Of a DNA stretch of 64,000 nucleotides, positions 1-10,900 are shown piece after piece. Source of the DNA: Tortispora ganteri. Its lineage: Eukaryota. The stretch lies in the NCBI GenBank assembly GCA_003707115.1, contig PPNB01000015.1:1-64000 (forward strand), in the 5' to 3' direction. Position 1 is the first letter of the stretch, and every line of letters starts with the position of its first letter. The position numbers were made by a program, and so were the translations under genes. The notes under the pieces are model-generated. The model did no database searches, was not told the DNA's origin, and saw nothing but the letters and a program-made list of their open reading frames with translations.

Positions 1-2278
1 ATCCATGTTTATGTTCGAGCCATATGTAGTAAGAATAATAGACGAGAGATCTTGACGAGGTTTTATATAAAACATCATTTCAAAAACACCATCGATGGTC
101 CCAGGATTATTCGCAACTATCGTTTTGCTATCGTAATAACCGGTTGAGACTTGTGATGCCGATACCACTCGATATTCGCCATGCGCTATTTCTTCCGATG
201 TCCAAGCGGTATCGGTAGGATAGTAGCCAGCGTAGATTGATGAAGGGGTATATGGAGGATTCGTTGCACACATGATATCGGTGTCAGAAGCATCATTAGA
301 GGTTCGAGCTGAATTTGGTTCAGGCGTAATATTGCGATCGCCCACAATGGTGAAACTAGCATCCCAGCTTGGCTGTTGGGCTTGAAAGGCGTTGACGACG
401 ATTTGTGAAACAAAGGAATAGCCATATTTAGGAACAAAAACAAGCCTTATAGGAACCCACTCGTTAGCCTTTGCAGGGAAATTAAATGACACACTCGAAG
501 TCTGCCCAGTCAAATCATCCACATCCAGAAGCTGTCCATTGCCTATATGTTCCAAGTCGCTGCATTCCGCTGCAGATGAGCCAGAATACAAATATACACT
601 CATATCGTCCTGGGTTCCATAAACACTAACAGTAAGTGAAGAAAGATCTGTCGTTGGCTGCATGTAAAACATCACTTCAACAATGCCACTTATATCACCC
701 GGTTGCTCAACCGTTACGTATCTGTTGTTATCCAAGCGAGTGTTAAAGGTAATTGGGCTGACATCCCTGTAAAGACCTTCTGTGATTTCCTGAGGAGTCC
801 AATTGACACGAGTATCATAATAACCAGCAAATGCCAAAGAGGACGCATACGGTGGCTTAGTCGAGCAAGTTTTCTCTGCAACAGCAGAGCTGGAAGGAGA
901 TAATACAGAAGAGGGTGGAAATAACGACGAAGAGGAGGAGCTAGGGATGCTGCTTATAGATGACTCAGACGATGGCAAGGAGGTTAACCTGGAAAGCAAA
1001 TCAGAACTTGGTAAAGATCGAGAAGAAGTCAAAGATAACGTGCTCTTACTCGTCGATCGAGCAGAAGTTAGATGTGAAATCATAGGCTTTACAGGTTCTG
1101 GACTAATGTTATTAGATCCCATTATCTGAAACTGTGCGGCCCAACTGGACTCCCGTTTTTGTGCAGCAGAAATCGAAATCTGAGAAATAAAAGAACTAGG
1201 TGATCCTGAGTTGACTAAAACAATCCTCACAGGGTACCAGATATTAGTCAAACCCGCAAAATCAAACGTCATCGAGGAACCAGTACTGGCTGTCGCATGT
1301 CCACTATAGCCACCACTGCTCGCGCCAATGCTAGCCATATTGTTGCAGTCCATTGCGCCTGGTCCAACATAAAAATACGCATCCATGTTTATGTTCGAGC
1401 CATATGTAGTAAGAATAATAGACGAGAGATCTTGTAGAGGTCTGATGTAAAACATTATTTCCAAAACACCGCTAATGGTCCCGGGATTATTCGCAACTAT
1501 CGTTTTTCTATCGTAATAACCGGTTGAAACCTGTGATGCTGATACCACTCGATAGTCACCATGCGCTATTTCTTCCGGTGTCCAAGAATCAGGGGTGTCG
1601 TAGTATGCAGCGTAGATTGATGAAGGGGTATATGGAGGATTCGTCGCACAAATGATATCGGTGTCAGAAGCATCATTAGAAGTTCGCGCTGAATTTGGTT
1701 CAGGCGTAATATTGCGATCGCCCACAATGGTAAAACTAGCCTCCCAGCTTGGCTGTTGGGCTTGAAAGGCGTTGACGACGATTTGTGAAACAAAGGAATA
1801 GCCATATTTAGGAACAAAAACAAGCCTTATAGGAACCCACTCGTTAGCCTTTGCAGGGAAATTAAATGACACACTCGAAGTCTGCCCAGTCAAATCATCC
1901 ACATCCAGAAGCTGTCCATTGCCTATATGTTCCAAGTCGCTGCATTCCGCGGCAGAGGAGCCGGAATACAAATATACACTCATATCGTCCTGGGTTCCAT
2001 AAACACTAACAGTAAGTGAAGAAAGATCTGTCGTTGGCTGCATGTAAAACATCACTTCAACAATGCCACTTATATCACCCGGTTGCTCAACCGTTACGTA
2101 TCTGTTGTTATCCAAGCGAGTGTTAAAGGTAATTGGGCTGACATCCCTGTAAAGACCTTCTGTGATTTCCTGAGGAGTCCAATTGACACGAGTATCATAA
2201 TAACCAGCAAATGCCAAAGAAGACGCATATGGTGGCTTAGTCGAGCAAGTTTTCTCTGCAACAGCAGAGCTGGAAGGA
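1..2278. repeat. Intragenic tandem repeat, period 1380 bp (460 aa); 1-898 matches 1381-2278
   Basis: Line-by-line near identity between positions n and n+1380. The period is a multiple of 3. The repeat continues past the window start. Confidence 0.97.
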
Positions 2279-4293
2279 AAAACCTGTGAGGATGAGCCGG
2301 GTATATATTGGGATATTGAAGGGTTGGAGCTGAAAAGAGACCAATCCGACCCAAAAACACTTGAAGGTGAAGAAACTGGTCTATCAGTGCTCACTAATGC
2401 AGAAGAATCGACGGCGATTGAAGCTGATGTACTAGTTGCTAACTGCTCAGAATATGACTCCAAACTAGAGGATGTAACTGGCAAAGTGCGGAAATTTGTA
2501 GCAGAAGAGATAGCTTGAGATAGAGAATAGTATGTGCTGTTCGTTTGGTCTCTTGTTTGAGAGCTTAGAGATCCGAAATCGGAGTGACTGTGTATCGTCA
2601 TAGATAATTCTGGTATGATCAATGATGATGCAGAGACTGAATTAGATGAAGGCGCCACTATGTCAACACTTGTCACAACCGAGTTAGATGATGCAGACGC
2701 GTCTGAATTAGACTTGGACGAGGATGCCACTGGGCCAATACTTGTCTCAACAGAACTAAGTGACACAGGAGTTTTCAGTGCAATTGAAGAGCTCGGATTA
2801 GATCGGGTGATTGGGTCGATTTCGTTAGAGGCAGGATCACTGCTAGAAAAAAGAGAGCTGAAAGATGTCGAGGCAACTGGATCAATACTTGTAACAACCG
2901 GGCTAGACGACGATGAAGTAGCCAATGCATACGAACCACTCAAGTTAGATAGAAAGACTGGATAAGCCACTGTAGAGGCAGGGTCGATTCTCGAAGTATA
3001 AAAGCTGGACGATGAAGATGCAGTTGAATCAACGCTTATCATAATCGAGTTTGCCGACGAAGAAGTAACAAAATCTGTAGAAGAACTCAGTTGAGATTGG
3101 ATGACTGGATCGACACCAGTAGAGGCTGGATCAATGCTGGAAAAGTAAGGGTCGGACGGCGCCAAGGTAAGTGAATCAGCATACGATGAGGAAATAGCTG
3201 GTTCAATGCTTGTCATATTTGAGCTAGGCAATACAAAAGATGCAGCCAGTTCATCCGAAGGACTCGAGCTAGATCGAATGATTGGGTCGACACCGGTGGA
3301 GGCAGGGTCAACACCGGCAGAAGCAGGGTCAACGGCGGAAGAGCTTGATAAAAACCCGATACGAGAGGCAATTCTAGCTTCAGCTGAGGTGAAAATGTCT
3401 GAGGATGAGCTTGATGACGCTGACGAAGGTTCGGTTTTAGAAGTCGCACTCGATGAATTCCAAGATGGTAGAGATAACGAGCTAATTGTTAAAGACGCCG
3501 AAGTGGAAGAACTAATGACGGATTGAATGAGTGGGTCGATGCTAGCAGTTGCCGAACTTCCTGAAGATGCTAAGGCAGGTTGCGAGGAGGCCGAGTCGAT
3601 AGCATGGGATAAATAGGAAGAGTCTGACTGCGCGGATTGCGTGCCACCTGTGCTTGAGGCAGAATAGCCAGATCGCGATCTAATATTTGGCATGACGCTT
3701 ATAGCTAAAGAAGATAATGAAGATGCGCGGAAGTCGGTGGCAGATGCTTGATGCGATGCCGCGTTCAGTGATAGAGATGCATACGGGAGGGAAGGTATAT
3801 CCGAACTCTGTTTTTTTGCATCGTTAGAAGCTACCGCAGAATGTGATCGAGTCCTTATCTGAGGGTCTATGCTTTTTAGTTGCACGGGTGTATGAGTAGA
3901 CCGCGCAGGATAAATATTCGGGAGCACAGAATTCTGTATATAAGTGGATGATGGCTGAGGGCCAACGGTTGTAGTGGCCACAACAGGAACTTCGATAGAA
4001 TAGCCGACCCCTGTAGATGTCGAAACTTGTATCTGTTCATAATAGGCCCACACGTACACATGTCCATTACTTTCCAAAGGAGGTTCTTGAACATACGTAA
4101 CCGCCACTGGCGTGCAGGCGTTGCAGTACCAACCACTAACAGACTTACTTGCCTTTTTGCAGTGCTCATCGAAAACTTCGGCGAAGCCACTAGCAGAAGT
4201 GTAAGCTCTATAATACGCTGTTGATGTGGATACAGGGGGCGAACATAGGTATGTTTCTGTTTCTGTTATTATGCTCCACACTGTGCTAGTCAT
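1..4293 (-). CDS. Large Ser/Thr-rich adhesin/flocculin-like protein with tandem GLEYA/PA14-like lectin domains (3'-truncated by window edge, >=1431 aa)
   Basis: Minus-strand frame from ATG 4293 (MTSTVWSIITETETYLC...) read by hand with no stop to base 1; absent from the ORF track. Ser-rich stalk about 3900-2280, then ~185-aa beta-rich domains with 'EVMFY..P', 'GTQDDMSVYLYSG', 'WVPIRLVFV' and 'WYPVRIVLV', resembling the GLEYA/PA14 'YYPIRI' motif. Confidence 0.8.
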   Translation of the reverse strand, partial: MTSTVWSIITETETYLCSPPVSTSTAYYRAYTSASGFAEVFDEHCKKASKSVSGWYCNACTPVAVTYVQEPPLESNGHVYVWAYYEQIQVSTSTGVGYSIEVPVVATTTVGPQPSSTYIQNSVLPNIYPARSTHTPVQLKSIDPQIRTRSHSAVASNDAKKQSSDIPSLPYASLSLNAASHQASATDFRASSLSSLAISVMPNIRSRSGYSASSTGGTQSAQSDSSYLSHAIDSASSQPALASSGSSATASIDPLIQSVISSSTSASLTISSLSLPSWNSSSATSKTEPSSASSSSSSDIFTSAEARIASRIGFLSSSSAVDPASAGVDPASTGVDPIIRSSSSPSDELAASFVLPSSNMTSIEPAISSSYADSLTLAPSDPYFSSIDPASTGVDPVIQSQLSSSTDFVTSSSANSIMISVDSTASSSSSFYTSRIDPASTVAYPVFLSNLSGSYALATSSSSSPVVTSIDPVASTSFSSLFSSSDPASNEIDPITRSNPSSSIALKTPVSLSSVETSIGPVASSSKSNSDASASSNSVVTSVDIVAPSSNSVSASSLIIPELSMTIHSHSDFGSLSSQTRDQTNSTYYSLSQAISSATNFRTLPVTSSSLESYSEQLATSTSASIAVDSSALVSTDRPVSSPSSVFGSDWSLFSSNPSISQYIPGSSSQVFPSSSAVAEKTCSTKPPYASSLAFAGYYDTRVNWTPQEITEGLYRDVSPITFNTRLDNNRYVTVEQPGDISGIVEVMFYMQPTTDLSSLTVSVYGTQDDMSVYLYSGSSAAECSDLEHIGNGQLLDVDDLTGQTSSVSFNFPAKANEWVPIRLVFVPKYGYSFVSQIVVNAFQAQQPSWEASFTIVGDRNITPEPNSARTSNDASDTDIICATNPPYTPSSIYAAYYDTPDSWTPEEIAHGDYRVVSASQVSTGYYDRKTIVANNPGTISGVLEIMFYIRPLQDLSSIILTTYGSNINMDAYFYVGPGAMDCNNMASIGASSGGYSGHATASTGSSMTFDFAGLTNIWYPVRIVLVNSGSPSSFISQISISAAQKRESSWAAQFQIMGSNNISPEPVKPMISHLTSARSTSKSTLSLTSSRSLPSSDLLSRLTSLPSSESSISSIPSSSSSSLFPPSSVLSPSSSAVAEKTCSTKPPYASSLAFAGYYDTRVNWTPQEITEGLYRDVSPITFNTRLDNNRYVTVEQPGDISGIVEVMFYMQPTTDLSSLTVSVYGTQDDMSVYLYSGSSAAECSDLEHIGNGQLLDVDDLTGQTSSVSFNFPAKANEWVPIRLVFVPKYGYSFVSQIVVNAFQAQQPSWDASFTIVGDRNITPEPNSARTSNDASDTDIMCATNPPYTPSSIYAGYYPTDTAWTSEEIAHGEYRVVSASQVSTGYYDSKTIVANNPGTIDGVFEMMFYIKPRQDLSSIILTTYGSNINMD
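2620..3560. repeat. Degenerate ~147-bp (49-aa) Ser/Pro-rich stalk repeats in the adhesin
   Basis: Recurrent (a/g)gaggc(a/t)gg(a/g)tc at 2827, 2974, 3121 and 3298 (spacing 147, 147, 177), encoding DPAS-like motifs. Confidence 0.7.
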
Positions 4294-6734
4294 TGTTTAC
4301 TATTCAGAAAAAGGATTAAATGAATAAAGTGAATATCAAATTTGCGGAAGCTCTCTTTTTATTTAGTAACATTTCGGGGTTTTTTTTTTGGCAATTAAAA
4401 CATATATTTCGAAACTTCGGAATAAAATAGATTTAAGTTTAAATAAACTCTAATAAGATTTAAGATCGGAGATTAAGTTTTGACCGGAACCATGCGAACT
4501 AGAAAGAATATGTAGAAAGAAGAATCCTCTATGATGGAAGTATTCTTGCCGAGTGGTATAGTTACATATGAAGAAAGTGTATTAGCCTAAAAATATCACA
4601 ACTCGATGCAATATGGAATCTTATTTCATAGACAATTGTTGTATGTGATTATATACATGCATAATATACTATCGCTTGTGCTTTTAATCAGTCCTTTCCA
4701 TGCGTTTCGATCGAAAGACGAATAAAGAGCCTAGTAAAGAAGGTTAACCTATTGTGAACTCCAGAAAGGTCTGTGAATAATACTAGGTTTAACGGGAGGT
4801 TTAGTTTAGATGTGGCAGAAAGCTTCCTTTGTCAATATTTTAGTCCAATTTTAAGCTTCTCTTAGCTGCTGATGTCACTTTGGGTTTGGGCATACTGAAT
4901 CATAATGCGCATTTGGTAACAAGTTCGCCTTGTGTAATTAGCTACAGAAAAGCGGTGGTATGCTATAAGCAACAGGAAATAATTATAAGTAAGTAATCAA
5001 AATGATATAAATGGAAAATTATCTGTTTACTAAAAATTTTGAACTAAGGGGAATGAAGTTTGCATAGCTCTTATACTTTGTTTGGCGCGCAAACGAAACT
5101 TTGCGCTAAATCTTAGCCGCAATGCTAAGTCCGAATATAAAACTTTGCTTTGTCTTACTTTTACAAACTATTCCGAAGGTTTCAGGCGAATGTTCTTTCT
5201 TCCAACAGACTTTGCCCACGTCACTATTTACTGTATGGTCGAAAGGCCATCAATTACGAAGACGCTATAATCATTTCCGTATCACACTACGTTTAGACAG
5301 GTGTCGAAAAAGCGGCATATAATCTATTTAAGGTCGCAATAATGGCTACTCAAATTAGCCATAATCATTTCTAAGTTCTCGTGTACCATGAGCTAAACTG
5401 ACTTATGGTTACTCTATAGCGCATCGCCGCGATGTAAAAACTCAAAATTGCGAATTTTAGCTAAGCAGTAAGCGAAAGCATACGGCGAAGAAAAGCAGCT
5501 ATTGGAGGCGGTTAAGAATAAGGTAGCTATTGTTTCGAAATACAAACAAAAATATACGAAAAAGCCCATCGCGCTTGTTTCAATGGTCGAAGTCTCTTTG
5601 GCCATTTCAGTATACTCGTGTTGGTAACGTATCCCTCTTTGACTGTTTTCGCAAACCTTTCCTGCGCAGTATTGCATGCTTTGAAATATTTGCATACATG
5701 GAATAGGCAATGAGAGGCAGCCGAATTGTCACATTCGTTATTGGAGCCGGCTGGTGGGGAGCGAAGCAGAGCATATTTTACTATTTCGGGCGGGCCGTTC
5801 TGGTGGGCTGCGGCTGTGTAATCAAAATTGACTTCAATGTGGAAGAACCTTATCCCATTCTGACACTATAATTTAACTCATCGACGCACGGACTTCGTAA
5901 AAGTTCTTTTAACAGATGCTCTTTGTCGACAATTTCAAGCATTCTAAAGAAGGCATAGCAATGCATATGAAGTCCCAATCGCCGTTGGACGCATAGTGAA
6001 TTTAGAAATCCAAATTTTTTGAGCAGTTTCTTTGCACATGTTTCTGAGGACAGAAGGTCCGATACTCTACAGCCTTTAGGCTAGTATTATTGTGTTTATT
6101 AACTAACAATGTCAGGACGAATTGACCGCTTATCAAGTCCATACGAACATCCGATGACCCGAAGCTGTATCTAAAGCGAATAGTTAATCTTAGCTTTGGG
6201 ATACGGCACGAACTTTGCCGAGCTTGTTCGGTATCGGCTTGATTAAAAACACTGCCAGCGGGTCAGCTAAACGATAATTAGCCTCTCAATGCAATTAATT
6301 AACTTTGATCTAGAACCAAGGATATACTAAGACATTCATTCTATTCGCGGGTGGTCTATTCTAACCTTATTTATGCTCCGGAATTGATCCCGTATATCGG
6401 TTCTCCAAATTCTTAAGTTTAAATTAGACTGTCTGTCTATTTTCAAGTGAGACTAGTAATGTTCGCGAATCTTTCGCTAAAATGAAAAAAGATTGTGCAC
6501 GATATAATAACGTACGAAGGACTACGTAAGCGATTTTAATACTGAGCAAAGATGTGCAATTTAGAACACACTTTATCCCAAGTTTCACGGCTATTAAGCC
6601 CTAGCAGTAAATCAGCACCTCGTTCATCGACAGAGGTATAGCATTTTCTGGAGGTGAATTGTCGTACGCAAGGGGGTTAGACTCCGCTTACTCCGATTAC
6701 GAAGACTGCAACGTCGCCGACTACGATGCGCAGC

Positions 6735-6758
6735 TAAAACCTTAAAACCTTAAAACCC
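6735..6758 (+). repeat. (TAAAACCT)2-TAAAACCC short tandem repeat, telomere-like composition
   Basis: Directly visible: taaaacct taaaacct taaaaccc. Confidence 0.85.
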
Positions 6759-7204
6759 AAAATAGCTTCAAAAGCCGCGACTTCCGATGCAACGAATAAT
6801 CGAATAGCCATTTGTCAGCAGGCCGCACTCTATCTAAGGACATATGTTCCCTGGACGAAAATCTTAGAAGCTTGCCTGGAGCTTTATCTGCAGGCGTATG
6901 GGAGATAATGTGTCTCCTAAACTATATTCATGCAGGGGGCTAACATCAGTGATTTAGTTCGCCACTACCCGAATAGCTCGGTTTCGTATGTGGTATTTCC
7001 AGCTTCATAGTTTCTGTCGCAGATAACTACTGCTGCAGCGCGATTTGTGCGATCAAACTACCTCAGTAGAAAATTTTACTGAACATTTCGATTTAACTGT
7101 GCGTACCTGAAAACAGCTTGTGCGGTGCGACATCGTTGAACGTCCAGCTGCAGTTTAGGGTTGCTGTCTTGCTCTTGTCAACCGCATTCTGCTATTAAAC
7201 ACTG

Positions 7205-7828
7205 ATGGACACGACACGTACACTATCACTAAAAATGGGCTCACCGGCAATATCATATGACGCACAAAAGCGTGCCATTGTGACCAGCAACTCGTTTCCC
7301 GATTTTGACGCCGGGGTTGCTCGACAAAACATAATTCTGCGCGATCTCACTATGTCGAAAAGCGATCTCCCTCGTCCACCTAACCACTTATCTGGTGCTG
7401 TTACACAGATGATTAAAAAAGCAACTGATGACGGTATGGAAGCGTTGTCGCCCAAAAATGGCTCTTCCGACCCTAAGGAGGCTATTAAATTTTTTTCGAT
7501 CGCCTTGGAGCTGGCCTCTAGACGGCCGCTGTGGGAAATGGCACCGCTGAACGCTGCTGAACTTTGCACAGCGCTCAGTAGAAGAGCGTCCGCCAATATA
7601 ATGCTCCAAAATTTTACCGAGGCACTGAAAGATATAGATGCAGCTTTGTCTATCCAACGACAACAGCCTAATATATGGGTCCAAAAGGCTAGGGTACACG
7701 AAATGCGCGGTGAGCTCCATGATGCATTGATTGCTGCGTCCGTTGGATTTGAATATGACAAAAAGAACAAGGATGCCATAGCGTTCATTGATGCAATTTC
7801 TAAAAAAATAACTGCTACGTGCTTCTAG
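7205..7828 (+). CDS. SEC72: Sec63 complex TPR subunit Sec72 (true start may be ATG 7235)
   Basis: About 200 aa; N-terminal 'ISYDAQKRAI', 'LPRPP', 'ASRRPLWE' and C-terminal TPR repeats fit the Sec72 family. Confidence 0.75.
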   Translation: MDTTRTLSLKMGSPAISYDAQKRAIVTSNSFPDFDAGVARQNIILRDLTMSKSDLPRPPNHLSGAVTQMIKKATDDGMEALSPKNGSSDPKEAIKFFSIALELASRRPLWEMAPLNAAELCTALSRRASANIMLQNFTEALKDIDAALSIQRQQPNIWVQKARVHEMRGELHDALIAASVGFEYDKKNKDAIAFIDAISKKITATCF

Positions 7829-7913
7829 GATAAAATCAAGGTCCTATAATTAATACATTAATGCTGCGCAAACGGCAAGTTCGCAAACAGTTTTAATCAA
7901 CTCCCTCTTATCC

Positions 7914-10900
7914 TTAAGTCCGGGAAGTTTTGAGTGATTGTAGGTAATTATTCAGACTATACTCGTCCGAATAATCGTTCTCTTCCCAAATGTCAAAACC
8001 TTCTGCAAAAGGCTGCTGTACTCCCGGAATATTTGTTGTTTCTTTTTCGCTATCTGTTATCGGCTTGATTTTATCTGAGCTCGGGATACTGTCCCGAGGT
8101 GTGTCGTTAAACAGATCCAACAGTTGATCAGTTCCCATTGATTCGAGCCCAGAGTTTTGCTGGTTTATGACAGAAGAAGCTATATTGAGCTTGAATTTTT
8201 GTAGTCCCATAATCTTTTCTTCAATAGTATTGCGCGTGATCAAACGATAAACATTCACCACTTTCTTCTGCCCAATGCGGTGTACTCTATCCATAGCTTG
8301 TAAATCGTTCATAGGATTCCAGTCGTGCTCCACGAAAATAACCGTATCAGCACTTGTCAAGTTTAGTCCAACTCCGCCAACTTTCGTTGTGAGGAGAAGA
8401 ATATCTATCGAAGGATCTGCGTTGAACGTTTGAACTATATCAAACCTCTTCGTCGAGTCGACAGTCCCATCCATTCGAAGGTACGAAACTCCTGGCATGT
8501 GCTTTTTCAGTAGCTCGTTTTCACATATGTCAAGCATGTCCTTGAGTTGAAAAAATACTAGCGCTCTGTGTTGACTAATAACGCCTGTAGATCCTGTGTT
8601 AAGGTCAGATGAATCTACACCAATGCCACAGTCAAGTAATAACTCTTTCAGCGCAGTCAGTTTCGGAGCAACAGAGATATCTCGAATACTGTGACCGGAA
8701 TCTTTTAATGATTTGTTAATTTCTGTAAATCTAGGATGCTTTGGAGTAACAAGAAGCGCTGGATGATCGCAAAGCCTTCGTAAAAGCTGAAGGATCTCAA
8801 ACACATGCCTCGTCTTTTCTTTGCCACCTTCTTGAAGGTCATTAGTGACGCTAGTTCGCTGGCTTTTCACCAAATCATCATAAAGTTCCCTCTGCAGATC
8901 ACTCAACTCGCAATAATGGTCTTGGATGATCTTCGGAGGCAGGTCGTCAAGAACGTCTTCTTTCATTCTTCGTAAAAGAAACGGTAAGACTTGTTTATGA
9001 AGTGAATCAAGAGCCTTCGGCCCGGCCTCAGAATCTTTATTGCTACCTTTTGCACTTCTGCTAGCTGCGATAGGTTTGGCTATTCTTTCGTTAAATTGCT
9101 TTTCGGTTCCAAGGAATCCCGGCATTAGGAAGTCAAACAATGACCATAACTCCAAGACATTATTCTGAATAGGAGTTCCAGACAAAATTAGGCGATGTTC
9201 GGCGCGGATTTGCTTCACAGCCAGAGTAAGCTTGGCTGCTGGGTTTTTAATCACATGTCCTTCATCAAGGACACAGTAATTGTAATCGGATTCGTTAAAA
9301 AATGCTAGGTCATTTCTAGCTATATCATAAGAAGTGACGATCACATCGGCATCGAAGAGTGATGGGCGCAGGCGCACGCGAGCGCTAGTGCTTCCCCCAT
9401 AGCCAATGACGTTCATAAAGGGTGCAAAGTTCCCAAACTCGAGTATCCAGTGTCCAATAAGCGTAGAAGGACATATAATGAGTGATGGAAGTCGGCGAAA
9501 CGATTCTTCTTTCGTTTCCTTGTATTTTTCAGATCGGATATGATGATCACTAGCAACAGCACAGACTGCTTGAAGTGTCTTTCCCAGACCCATATCATCA
9601 CACAGTATGCCATGTAGGCAATATCTGTTCAAAAACATGAGCCAATTCAAGCCATCCTGCTGATATGGTCTTAGTGTTGCTCTGATAGCCACAGGGAGCT
9701 TAAATGGCTCTACTTTATGAGGATCTAACATTTGCTTCAAGAATGTGCGCTGTTCAGCTCTAAAGCTAGCCAGTTCTTCAGAAATTCCCTCTGGCGGTAA
9801 CGAGTCGGACTCTAGCGGTGAGAGTCTAATAAGGGAGGCAAACGTTGTAGATGCAATCAACCGAATTTCAGAATTGGAGTCACTCATTCTGCCCATAACA
9901 GGGACAATAAAAAATGCTATATAAGGGACAATGTTTAAATCCAATTCTTGCACAGCATGGTAGATACACTCAATTGCTCCTTGTCGCCGGCAAATGCTGG
10001 TAGCATCATCAACCAAAGGTAAAACATGACTGATCATATTTTGCATGCCTAGCACTTTATTGACGTTGCAGTATGAGGCAAAACATCTTCCACACACCGA
10101 ACGAACAACAGAAAAGGAAGATTCAATCCCCTTTAAGACAGGCAATACTTCAGCAGTAAGGCTTTTACTTAAAGAGGGAACAAAGTAAGGCAAAAGAAGG
10201 CGACAAATAGATACCGCGTCCAACGTCGATTGAGCAAGCTCTGGGGATTGAGCCAATTTTTTATCAAAGTCAGTTTCATTAAATATTTTTGGCGGTTCAA
10301 AGACGATTTCGTTGAGTTTTGGAACATCTGTTAGAATAGTATCTCCACACGATTTGATAAGAACCTCGAGAGTGTATTTGGCACCTAGTGTGGTAGTGCG
10401 CGTCTCATTCTGGATATAGTTTTGCGAGCTATCAGAGATTTGATTGCCCGCTTCAATTCTATGAAGGCTATAGATCTTGTCATGCAGGCTCTCAAATCGT
10501 TGAAATTCTGGAACATCGAAAGAGTCCATACATAAAAAGGAGCACAGATTTTTCACAAGTTTATCACTTATGCCCTTTTTTCCTTTTTCATTGCACAGCT
10601 TTATCAGTTTAACAATGGCATGACAAGATCGCTTTTGAAGCTCCACATTAGTTTCACTCTTCACACTATCCATTAAGCACCTAATAAGATTATTCATCTT
10701 AGGCAGTAGCTTGTTCATATGGATTATGCAACTAGCCAAAATAGCTAAAATAAGATTCTTTCTGTGCAGATACTGATTCTTGGTCTGAACAAGCATACTC
10801 TGCAGATCAGATGTCGCATCCATTAGCGACTGTGCAATCTCTACTCTTCTTGAGGTCGACAGCATTTTCTTTAAGGAAGGCAGGTCTTTGCTTACAAATG

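Noticed and set aside
186..4224. Many short ORFs in the track across 186-4224, including acidic D/E-rich ones
   Set aside because: They are antisense or alternate-frame shadows of the long Ser-rich minus-strand adhesin ORF.
5715..5900. RNase P-like P4 halves on the minus strand (GAAGTCCG ... AATTCGGCT)
   Set aside because: Only 5 bp of pairing and no convincing CR-II/III/IV motifs or P1-P3 helices; probably chance.
6926..6955. U4 snRNA-like words (TGCAGGGG, ATCAGTGA)
   Set aside because: Wrong spacing, no U4/U6 stem I sequence and no Sm site.
7195..7788. 197-aa minus-strand ORF
   Set aside because: Antisense to the SEC72-like gene, with no recognisable motifs.
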